Below, one piece after another: positions 56,653-64,000 of a stretch of 64,000 nucleotides of DNA. Where the stretch lies: positions 256,001 through 320,000 of the forward strand of contig CBDCTZ010000016.1 of the NCBI GenBank assembly GCA_965222375.1. Reading direction: 5' to 3'. Numbering within the stretch: position 1 is the first letter of the stretch; each line of letters begins with the position of its first letter. The stretch is from Polyangiaceae bacterium (lineage in GTDB: Bacteria > Myxococcota_A > Polyangia > Polyangiales > Polyangiaceae). The translations under genes were made by a program, and so were the position numbers. Below the pieces are notes generated by a model. It made no database searches. It was not told the origin of the DNA and worked only from the letters and a program-made list of their open reading frames with translations.

Positions 56653-57510
56653 GTGAAGGGCGGACCTGGATTTCGTTCGGGGGCATCGAGCCTTTGGTAC
56701 GGCTTTCGATTCCTGCTCGGCAGTCCGCGCAGCTGGCCCTACGCGATCATTCCGGCCTTGGTGCTGATGGCGTTGGTGACTATCTGCGTCGCCATTTCGG
56801 TGACTGTGATCCGCTCTTGGGCGGCGGGTTGGATCGATTCGGGATCGGGCAGCACGTGGGCCGTTTGGGCGGGAGCGGCCGTTGGCTGGCTGGTGGCGAT
56901 TATCGCCGGTGTGATCGGCTTGCTGATTTCCCTCGCGTTGGCATCGCCAATTTCTGCGCCTGCGCTCGAGAAGCTGGTTCTGCATGTCGAGGAGAAGATC
57001 GACGCGCCGCCCCGCGCCGAGAGCAGCTTCTTCAAAGAGATGTGGTTTGGGCTCAAGGCGCAGGTGTTCGCTTTCGCGGTGGCCATCCCGCTGCTTTTGT
57101 TGCTGTGGATCATCGACCTCGTGTTTCCGCCCGCGGTGGTGGTGACTTTGCCGTTGAAGCTGTTGGTCGCGGCGTTCTCGCTGTCTTGGAACTTGCTCGA
57201 CTATCCTTTGACCCTGCACGGCGTGCGGATGCGGGATCGCCTGCGCCTATTCCGTGCCCACAAGCGCGCTACGTTGGCATTCGGTATCGGCTTTGCGATC
57301 TTGTTTTGGCTACCGTGCTTTCAAGTCTTGATGCTGCCCGTGGGCGTGGTAGCGGGCACGCGTTTGGTGTGGTGGCTACTGGAGGCGAGTCCGGAGTTGG
57401 CCCAGGCTTGGGGCCTGGCGCCCGCGCCGAGCGCTAGCCACGAGCTTGCTGAAGGCCAAGCCGTTGTCCCGCAGCTCCCGGATCAGGTCTCACAAGGGCC
57501 CTCCGGTTGA
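56653..57510 (+). CDS. EI24/CysZ-like membrane protein
   Basis: GF..L....W.YA.IP, SAP.LEKL..HVE, LDYP, P..VVAGT. Confidence 0.8.
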   Translation: MKGGPGFRSGASSLWYGFRFLLGSPRSWPYAIIPALVLMALVTICVAISVTVIRSWAAGWIDSGSGSTWAVWAGAAVGWLVAIIAGVIGLLISLALASPISAPALEKLVLHVEEKIDAPPRAESSFFKEMWFGLKAQVFAFAVAIPLLLLLWIIDLVFPPAVVVTLPLKLLVAAFSLSWNLLDYPLTLHGVRMRDRLRLFRAHKRATLAFGIGFAILFWLPCFQVLMLPVGVVAGTRLVWWLLEASPELAQAWGLAPAPSASHELAEGQAVVPQLPDQVSQGPSG

Positions 57511-57542
57511 ACCGCGTGCCGTGGCTGAGCTAGCGTCCGCAG

Positions 57543-59141
57543 GTGACGGTCGATAGCGCAACCCTCGGCAGTAGCCGCGCTTTGGTTCCGAACCGGAGCC
57601 GTGCGGCGAGTAGTTCCGCCGTTGCTGGGTCGTCTCGAGGAGTCGACTCCGCGCTCAACGATCGCGTGCGCCTATTCCTCAAGGTCATCACGTTGATCAA
57701 CCTGCTCTTCACTTCGGTTGGCGGGGTGATGTGGCTCGGAGGGTTCGACCCCCGGCTCGAAACCCGCGGGCCGATTGTGTTTGGGCAGCTCGCGGCGATG
57801 ACGTTGCTCAGCGGCTTGGCGTGGGCGTACGTCGTGTACCGCCCCCCGCGTTTTGTGGCAGCCATCGTTACTCAGGCGGTCGTGACCATCGCGGTGAATG
57901 CGAACTACGCGCGACTCGCGCTCAGCGGAAATGCTGTCGTTGAACCGATCTCGCTGATGTACGTCGTCGTGTTGGTGACCATCGTGCTGACGTTGCGCTC
58001 GACGCTGGTGCCGAGCCCCATGTTAGCGAGTGTGGCGTCAGGAACGATCTCGTTCGTGATCGTGTTCACGTTCGCGCTGACGGCGAAGACCGTTCTGCCA
58101 GCGCTCGCAATCGTGTGGAGCGCCGTGTCGGCCGTCGTGGTCGTCGGGGTGACCGCTTTGGCGTCCTACACGATTTACGGACTCGATCGCCGCGCGCGCG
58201 CCGCAGCCCGCTTGGGTCAGTACCAACTCGTGCGTCGCCTGGGGCAGGGCAGCATGGGCGAGGTGTATCTCGGGACCCACGCGCTGCTCAATCGCTCCAC
58301 AGCGATCAAGATGCTGAGCGATGCCTCGACCTCGGCGTCCCGGGATCGCTTCCAGCACGAAGTCCGCACCGCCAGCACCCTGACCCACCCCAACACGGTC
58401 GAAATCTACGACTACGGGCGCACGCCAGCCGGCGTCTTCTACTTCGCGATGGAGTACGTCGAAGGTGCGACCCTCGAGCAGATTGTGAGAGCCACGGGCG
58501 TGATGTCGCCGGCGCGGGTCGTGCACTTGCTGCTTCAAGCTTGCAGCTCCCTCGGCGAGGCCCACGAGAAAGGCTTGGTACATCGCGACGTGAAGCCGTC
58601 CAACCTGATGCTCTGCGAGCGGGGCGGGGTCTACGACACGCTCAAGGTTCTGGACTTCGGGTTGGTGCGGGAGCTCGGCTCGGAGTCCCTGAGCGAAGCT
58701 GGCCTGACCGGGACACCTTTGTATTTGGCGCCGGAAGCGATCGTGGATGGGGATGCGTTTTCGGCAGAGAGCGACGTCTATGCGATTGGCGCCACCGCGT
58801 ACTTCTTGTTGACGGGGCGCCCGCCTTTCTACGACGGCGATTTGGTCGAGGTGTTGAGCGACCACTTGGCAACCGAGCCCGCGGCGCTGGAGTCGGACGA
58901 CGACAAGCTCAACGACTTGGTCATGCGCTGCTTGGCGAAAGACCCAGCGGATCGCCCGGAAAACGCCAGGGCGTTGGTTGCCGAATTGCGTGGCTGCACG
59001 AGTTTCGGCGCTTGGAACGATGATGACGCTCGTGTGTGGTGGACCGAGCACAAAAGCATCGTGGAGTCGGCGCCGGTCTCAGATTCTGAGTCTCAACCCG
59101 GGGACTCGTCGGTTGGCGATTCGGGTTGCGCTTGGTCGTAG
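57543..59141 (+). CDS. Ser/Thr protein kinase with N-terminal multi-TM sensor
   Basis: About 6 TM then GQGSMGEVY, AIK, HRDVKPSN, DFG, GTPLYLAPE. Confidence 0.93.
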   Translation: MTVDSATLGSSRALVPNRSRAASSSAVAGSSRGVDSALNDRVRLFLKVITLINLLFTSVGGVMWLGGFDPRLETRGPIVFGQLAAMTLLSGLAWAYVVYRPPRFVAAIVTQAVVTIAVNANYARLALSGNAVVEPISLMYVVVLVTIVLTLRSTLVPSPMLASVASGTISFVIVFTFALTAKTVLPALAIVWSAVSAVVVVGVTALASYTIYGLDRRARAAARLGQYQLVRRLGQGSMGEVYLGTHALLNRSTAIKMLSDASTSASRDRFQHEVRTASTLTHPNTVEIYDYGRTPAGVFYFAMEYVEGATLEQIVRATGVMSPARVVHLLLQACSSLGEAHEKGLVHRDVKPSNLMLCERGGVYDTLKVLDFGLVRELGSESLSEAGLTGTPLYLAPEAIVDGDAFSAESDVYAIGATAYFLLTGRPPFYDGDLVEVLSDHLATEPAALESDDDKLNDLVMRCLAKDPADRPENARALVAELRGCTSFGAWNDDDARVWWTEHKSIVESAPVSDSESQPGDSSVGDSGCAWS

Positions 59142-61375
59142 TCTTGCTGGACCGCAAGACGAAATTGGCGCCGGAGCTTCCTGAGGTCGAGCTTCCCGGA
59201 GCGGAACTGATCGGCGAGGGCCTTCATTTCGCCGTCGGGCAAGGTCCGACGGACCTGGGTCTGCTCCGGTGCCCGAGCGAGCTCGAGGACGTCCTGGCGT
59301 ACATCGGCGGGCAACAAGGTATCCAGGTATTCGAGGCCGGTGCCTCGCTGCACCGCGTCGTCGGAGGTGACTGCTGCGACCGCCAGTTGGAGCGCCGCGA
59401 GATCGGCGCCGATAGCGAGCAGGATCAGAGAGAGCTCGAAATTCGGCGCGAATTTGCGCCCGCTCTCGTCGGTACGGAATGGTGAACGTTGCTCGAACGT
59501 CGTTTCCTCGCTCGGGGGGCGCACGCGATGGCGGAGCTCATGGGCGGCCCGCTGCGAGAGCACTCGGCGTGGGGGCGATAGGGCAGGAACCGACGCGCAC
59601 AGGCGCAACAGGGCGAGAGCGGCGGCGCGACGGATTCTGAACTCCGCCACTTCGAGAGCCTGGGTGAGCGCTGCTGCAGTGCGAGAGTCAGGAACACTGG
59701 AGAGAAGCTGAGCGGCGCGGACTCGTACTTCCACGGGGTAGCGGACCGAAAGCAGGATGTCCGTGAGTTGCCCCAGCGCGGCGGGCGCCGTGCGCTCGAG
59801 CTCCTGCCACTGGGGCGAGTCGATCGTGCAGGAGCTGATGGCGTCGAGCAGAGGCGTCTGGAGCAAGTGCTGCGCAACCTCCGACACCGGCACAGCTGGC
59901 GGTGGAGGCAGGGACTTCGCCGCCGAGCGTTTGTTCTCGGCGCGCTTCTTGACCAGCGCGACCAAGTCGCTGCGGGGAAGCTGTTCCGGTGCCTCCAGAG
60001 TTGGAGCGGAGTCGGTCAGATCTGGGATGTGACCTGCCCAAGCGTGCTGGACCGCGGAGTCGACGAAGGTGTACGCCAGGTTGCGGGCATCTGCGGTTGG
60101 GTTGGCTCCCAGGTTTTCCCGCGCACGGCGGATCTGGTCGGCCAGGGAAGCCACATAGCGCCGGTGCACGACGATGATCACGACCACGAGTAGGACCGAC
60201 ACTACAAGCCCGATGCCGAGTAGGATTTTGCCTGTGTAGGCGGCGGCTACGGCGATGAAGAGCAGCGCAAGCCCGCTTCCCACGGCGGTGCCGAGGCGAT
60301 CGACGCCCAGGTCGATCAGCATTTTGGCGCCGCGCTTCTGCTTGGGCGTGACCGGCGTGTAGAGCAGCTCGTAGCCCGAGCGGTACAGGGAGTTTTCTAC
60401 GATCATCGCTCCGCCGCGCAGCACGATCAGGACGCCCAGCACGGGCGCGAGAAGAGCAGCGATCAGGCCGAGTATGGTGACGACGGGCAGGCACACGACC
60501 GCCACGGCAACGCCCAGCCGTTCCAGCACCCGGTTGGAAAGCGCTGCCTGAACCAGGAAGGTTAGGATGCCGGTTCCGGTGTAGAAGGCTGCGAAGAAAG
60601 CGACCAGGGAGCCTGACTGGGCCTGACTCGCTTCGGCCTTGAAGACGTAGTCGACCAGCGCGGTGGTGAGTGCGCCCAAGAAGACGAGCAGGGCCATGGA
60701 CTTGAGGTGTGGGTTCCTTCCCATCGCCTCTATCCCCGCGAGCATCCCCGCGCTGCGAGATCGCTCACGTTCCTCTTGGACGCCGCCGCGAGCGACCACG
60801 GTCAGCGTGACGCCGCAGAGCCCGTTGCCCACCGCTAGCGCTGCGAGCAGGTGAGAGGGGGCGAGATCCGAAAACGCCCAAGTCAGTGCACCACCGACGA
60901 GACCACCCAGCGTGGCGCCGGCGGCGATCCGACCCATCACACGCTTTGCGGTGTATGGGTCGAAACGTTCGTTGATGACCGACCAGAAGCCGGAGACGAC
61001 CGCTCCACCGAAGGCAGCGGTGTGCAGGTAGAGGCTGCCCGCAACGGCGCGGGGAAAGGGCTCCATCAGCGCTGCCTCGATCACGAACAGGGCGCCGTTC
61101 ACACCGAACAAGATCGGGACGCCGCGGCGGGGCGAAAAGGTCGAGATGAAACGACCAAATACGAACGCGGCGCCAAAGGAGACGACCGCCGCCGAGATGA
61201 TTGCATGAGGCAGCGCCGTGGCGGGGAATTGGCTCAGGAAGAGACCGTCGCGGACAGCCTTGGACGCGATCTGCTGAGCGATCATGGTCAGCGCGATCGC
61301 GGCGGACAGCCAGGTCACCAGGCTGGGGACTTCTCCAGGTCGGCTGCTGCCGCTTCGCGTGCTCTCTCGTGCCAT
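59093..61375 (-). CDS. Npt/TLC-type nucleotide-transporter-like MFS protein with C-terminal HEAT repeats
   Basis: K.VRD.LFL, FW....E.F...AKR, VDY.FK, ELLY.PV...K..AK..ID...DR.G; helical HEAT-like tail. Confidence 0.8.
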   Translation of the reverse strand: MARESTRSGSSRPGEVPSLVTWLSAAIALTMIAQQIASKAVRDGLFLSQFPATALPHAIISAAVVSFGAAFVFGRFISTFSPRRGVPILFGVNGALFVIEAALMEPFPRAVAGSLYLHTAAFGGAVVSGFWSVINERFDPYTAKRVMGRIAAGATLGGLVGGALTWAFSDLAPSHLLAALAVGNGLCGVTLTVVARGGVQEERERSRSAGMLAGIEAMGRNPHLKSMALLVFLGALTTALVDYVFKAEASQAQSGSLVAFFAAFYTGTGILTFLVQAALSNRVLERLGVAVAVVCLPVVTILGLIAALLAPVLGVLIVLRGGAMIVENSLYRSGYELLYTPVTPKQKRGAKMLIDLGVDRLGTAVGSGLALLFIAVAAAYTGKILLGIGLVVSVLLVVVIIVVHRRYVASLADQIRRARENLGANPTADARNLAYTFVDSAVQHAWAGHIPDLTDSAPTLEAPEQLPRSDLVALVKKRAENKRSAAKSLPPPPAVPVSEVAQHLLQTPLLDAISSCTIDSPQWQELERTAPAALGQLTDILLSVRYPVEVRVRAAQLLSSVPDSRTAAALTQALEVAEFRIRRAAALALLRLCASVPALSPPRRVLSQRAAHELRHRVRPPSEETTFEQRSPFRTDESGRKFAPNFELSLILLAIGADLAALQLAVAAVTSDDAVQRGTGLEYLDTLLPADVRQDVLELARAPEQTQVRRTLPDGEMKALADQFRSGKLDLRKLRRQFRLAVQQDYDQAQPESPTDESPG

Positions 61376-61525
61376 CGGTTTTGTCGATATTGGGAGCAGA
61401 ACGGATGGCCCTGCAGGGACGTTCGGGGAGCATCGCCGCTGCTTGGCCCCGGAACCGTCTCAGTTTATTGGGGTTTTGTCTGAAATAAACCGAGGCCCTG
61501 GGACGAATACCTAACTGAAACCCCC

Positions 61526-61885
61526 ATGTTCATCCTCCGCGCAATCTACTTTCTGCTCATTGGCTGGTGGCTTGCCCTGCTCTGGGGCTGGGTGGCCTAC
61601 CTCGCCTGCGCGAGTTACGTGCTCCTGCCCGTTGGCACGATGATGTTCAATCGGCTGCCCTTCGTACTGACCCTCAAGCCCGGGGACACCGACGACGAGG
61701 GCTACCCCGACAAGGAGTTCCCTTTCATCATTCGGGTGATTTGGTTCTTCGCCATCGGTTGGTGGCTCGGCCTGGTCTGCTTCAAGTTCGGCTACCTGCT
61801 GTGCCTGACGATCATCTTCATGCCCTTCGGGATCTGGCTGCTGCACCGTGTTCCCGAGGCCATGACGCTGCGTCAGGCGTCCTGA
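61526..61885 (+). CDS. YccF (DUF307) family membrane protein
   Basis: Duplicated R.I(Y/W)F..IGWWL ... P.G motif. Confidence 0.8.
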   Translation: MFILRAIYFLLIGWWLALLWGWVAYLACASYVLLPVGTMMFNRLPFVLTLKPGDTDDEGYPDKEFPFIIRVIWFFAIGWWLGLVCFKFGYLLCLTIIFMPFGIWLLHRVPEAMTLRQAS

Positions 61886-61983
61886 GAGGGCTTTGGGCCC
61901 GGGCGCAGTCGGGCGCCACCAAGGTAGCGCGACCGCCGGCTGAGCAGTGGAGGACCGGGCGCGCGGCGTGCTCCCGAGCCGGG

Positions 61984-62325
61984 CTAGTCGATCCACAGGC
62001 AAACGCTTGGATGCTTCCACTTCTGCGGAGGGGGTTTGGGCTTCGGTTCAGGTGGCTCGAGGCATACTTGCGGCGACAGCTCTGGAGGTGGCTCGGCGTC
62101 GGCCTCGACCTGCCGAACCAGCGGCTCGCCATCGGGCTCATTGCCCCTCGCGCCTGAATCGAGATCCGGCACTTCTACGGTTGAGGTCGGCCGCGCCGTC
62201 GCGGGAACGTCGTTCTGTTTGGCGCAACCCTCGGCGGTGGCCACGGTGACGCCGGCACTCGCGAGTGCAGTCGCGATGAATCTCGCGCGTCGCATTAGGA
62301 TGGCATCGCGATCCGACTTGGCCAT
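61984..62325 (-). CDS. PxxCL-repeat lipoprotein/precursor peptide, paralog C (2 motifs)
   Basis: Leader DRDAILMRRARFIATALASAGVT, AEG-CAKQ; PQVCLE, PSVCLW. Confidence 0.8.
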   Translation of the reverse strand: MAKSDRDAILMRRARFIATALASAGVTVATAEGCAKQNDVPATARPTSTVEVPDLDSGARGNEPDGEPLVRQVEADAEPPPELSPQVCLEPPEPKPKPPPQKWKHPSVCLWID

Positions 62326-62380
62326 GGATCCGCTGTGGCACGCGCCCTTCGCCGAGTAAAGCGGGCAAGTGCGCGGGGGC

Positions 62381-62491
62381 CTTGGGGACCCCTACGCCAC
62401 ACGTCGCTCAACCGCCCCGAGTTTGTGCGGCGCGGGCTTGGGACTCCTGCGCCACACGCCGCTCAACCGCCACAAGTGTGCGTGGCGCGGG
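62381..62491. repeat. two tandem ~55-nt hairpin-forming (REP-like) units
   Basis: cttggggacccctacgccacacgtcgctcaaccgcc... (62381-62436) and cttgggactcctgcgccacacgccgctcaaccgcc... (62437-62491). Confidence 0.7.
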
Positions 62492-62494
62492 CCC

Positions 62495-62701
62495 TTACCC
62501 TTCAGTTTTGGTCCCGTCACCCTTCGGCACATTCTCGTGCTCGAAGGGGCAATGCCGGCACGCGGAGCCGCAACATTTGCCGCGGCGCCGATGGAAGTTC
62601 TCCGTGAATACCAGGTAGCCGGTTTGCGGATCTTGGTAGCTGTCCTGACTCTGCGCCAGGGCTCGCGCGTGGGCGTCTTTCCAGGGTGGGGGCGTATTCA
62701 T
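62495..62701 (-). CDS. small Cys-rich DUF5522-like protein
   Basis: Y.DP.TGY.VFT..FH.RRG.CCGSACRHCPF. Confidence 0.8.
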   Translation of the reverse strand: MNTPPPWKDAHARALAQSQDSYQDPQTGYLVFTENFHRRRGKCCGSACRHCPFEHENVPKGDGTKTEG

Positions 62702-62792
62702 TTCGCGGCAGCGCTGACGGCGCGGCGGCGCCGGGATCAAATTGAGCACATTTCATTGGGCTTTGCCCTCCGCGTGGCAAGCTATGCACGCT

Positions 62793-64000
62793 GTGACTCG
62801 TCGCGCCCGCACTGCTACCTATCGCCTAGCCCTCGTCGGGCTCGGGGCTGCGAGCTTATGCGGCTGTCGCGACAAGACCACCGAGCCCGCGCCGCCAGCC
62901 TCGGCAAGCATAAAGCCCTCGGCGCCCGCGGCGAGCATTTCGCCCGGAGCGACGGAAAGCCAAGACGCGGCCACCTCCGCCGACGCCAAGGCCGCGCCTG
63001 CGCCCAAGAAGGCCGACGAGATCGTCATCCTCGCTGGCGGAGACGTGAATTTCGGGCGCGGTGCCGGTCAGAAGATCCTGAAGAACCCCGAGTACAACCC
63101 GTTTTCGGAGGTCACACCGCTGCTGGCGAAGGCGGACTACCGCTTCGTCAATCTGGAGTCGCAGCTGAGCGACCAAGGTGGCGAAACCCAGTCCAAGAAC
63201 AACCACTTGGTGTTCACCGGGCCCCCGGGTGGCGCGGCTGTCCTTAAGCGTGCGGGGATCGATCTGGTTTCCCTCGCGAACAATCACGCCTGGGACTACG
63301 GCAAGGATGCGCTCTTCGAGACTTTCAAACACCTCGACGGCGCCGGCGTGGCCCACGTGGGAGCGCGACAAGAGGCCACAACCCAGTACAAGCCCCTCGT
63401 GGTCGACATCAAGGGTTGGCAAGTGGCGTGGTTCGCCGTGACGCACATCTGGAACCAAGGCCACATCAACAAACACGAGGGCAGGCACTACGTGGCCTGG
63501 GCCAGCTTCGACCTCTTGGGCAAGCAGCTCAAGAAGGCCGTCAAGAAGTACGACCTGGTGCTGGTCAGTTATCACGGCGGTGGCGAGTACATCGACGTGC
63601 CAATGCAATGGACGCGCGAGTTCTATCGCGCCGTGATGTCGACGGGCGTGCACGCCATCTTCGGCCACCACCCGCATGTGCCCCACGGCATTGGCTGGGT
63701 GGGCAATCGCCCCGCCTTCTACAGTCTCGGGAACTTGGTGTTCGCCATGCACAGCGATTACCCTTGGACGGGAACCAGCTTTTTTGCCCGCGTCACGTTC
63801 AACGTCGACGGCGATATCCAGGTAGAAGCGTGCCCGTATCACATCCTTGGACACATCCCGATGCTCTTCGAAGGCAAGGCGAAGCCGGCGCGAGAGCGCA
63901 CCTTTCGCAACCACTTGAAGGTGTTGTCAATGTCCACGGGCGGCTCCGTCATCGGCGAGCCGGGTGAGTTTTCATGCGTGCCGGTTACGTCCAAACGTCG
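62793..64000 (+). CDS. capA: CapA/poly-gamma-glutamate synthesis (metallophosphoesterase) lipoprotein, runs off window end
   Basis: Not in ORF track; from GTG 62793: LCG-C lipobox, GGDVN, VNLE, SLANNHAWDYG, HGG.EY, GHHPHV, YSLGN. Confidence 0.88.
   Translation, partial: MTRRARTATYRLALVGLGAASLCGCRDKTTEPAPPASASIKPSAPAASISPGATESQDAATSADAKAAPAPKKADEIVILAGGDVNFGRGAGQKILKNPEYNPFSEVTPLLAKADYRFVNLESQLSDQGGETQSKNNHLVFTGPPGGAAVLKRAGIDLVSLANNHAWDYGKDALFETFKHLDGAGVAHVGARQEATTQYKPLVVDIKGWQVAWFAVTHIWNQGHINKHEGRHYVAWASFDLLGKQLKKAVKKYDLVLVSYHGGGEYIDVPMQWTREFYRAVMSTGVHAIFGHHPHVPHGIGWVGNRPAFYSLGNLVFAMHSDYPWTGTSFFARVTFNVDGDIQVEACPYHILGHIPMLFEGKAKPARERTFRNHLKVLSMSTGGSVIGEPGEFSCVPVTSKR

Noticed and set aside
62381..62491. 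CRISPR array
   Set aside because: Only two abutting units, no unique spacers and no cas genes.
62856..63914. 352-aa minus-strand ORF
   Set aside because: Antisense shadow of the capA gene, which has clear family motifs on +.
1..64000. Maturase for the PxxCL peptides
   Set aside because: No CxxxCxxC radical SAM, DUF692, YcaO or LanM-like ORF recognised in the window.

Overview
GC-rich chromosomal segment of a myxobacterium, most likely Polyangiales/Sorangiineae (inferred from three Hanks-type Ser/Thr kinases, an FHA protein, and many Gly-linker/Cys-rich lipoproteins). Housekeeping content: ribB(A-like)-ribH-nusB, recQ, ugd, dispersed glgE/glgX/glgB, an ALDH plus saccharopine-dehydrogenase-like pair, a RES-Xre toxin-antitoxin pair, an ECF sigma with SnoaL partner, a diguanylate cyclase, an adenylate cyclase, an L,D-transpeptidase and capA. 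No CRISPR, rRNA, transposase or integrase was seen. Most notable observations: (1) three paralogous ~115-125 aa lipoprotein-like genes with a strongly conserved leader (DRDxILxRRA[RH]F[VI]AxALASAGV) and seven C-terminal P-x-x-C-L motifs, resembling an undescribed RiPP/metal-binding precursor family; (2) an AhpD-like selenoprotein split by an in-frame TGA (CxxU) with a SECIS-like hairpin; (3) a 77-nt tRNA-shaped element in a 5' leader; (4) a ~55-60 nt dispersed repeat with six copies, two forming a REPIN/MITE-like hairpin; (5) widespread leaderless promoter architecture; (6) two frameshifted lipoprotein genes, a serpin remnant and a truncated Cys-rich paralog. All calls come from motif recognition by eye; no database searches were run.
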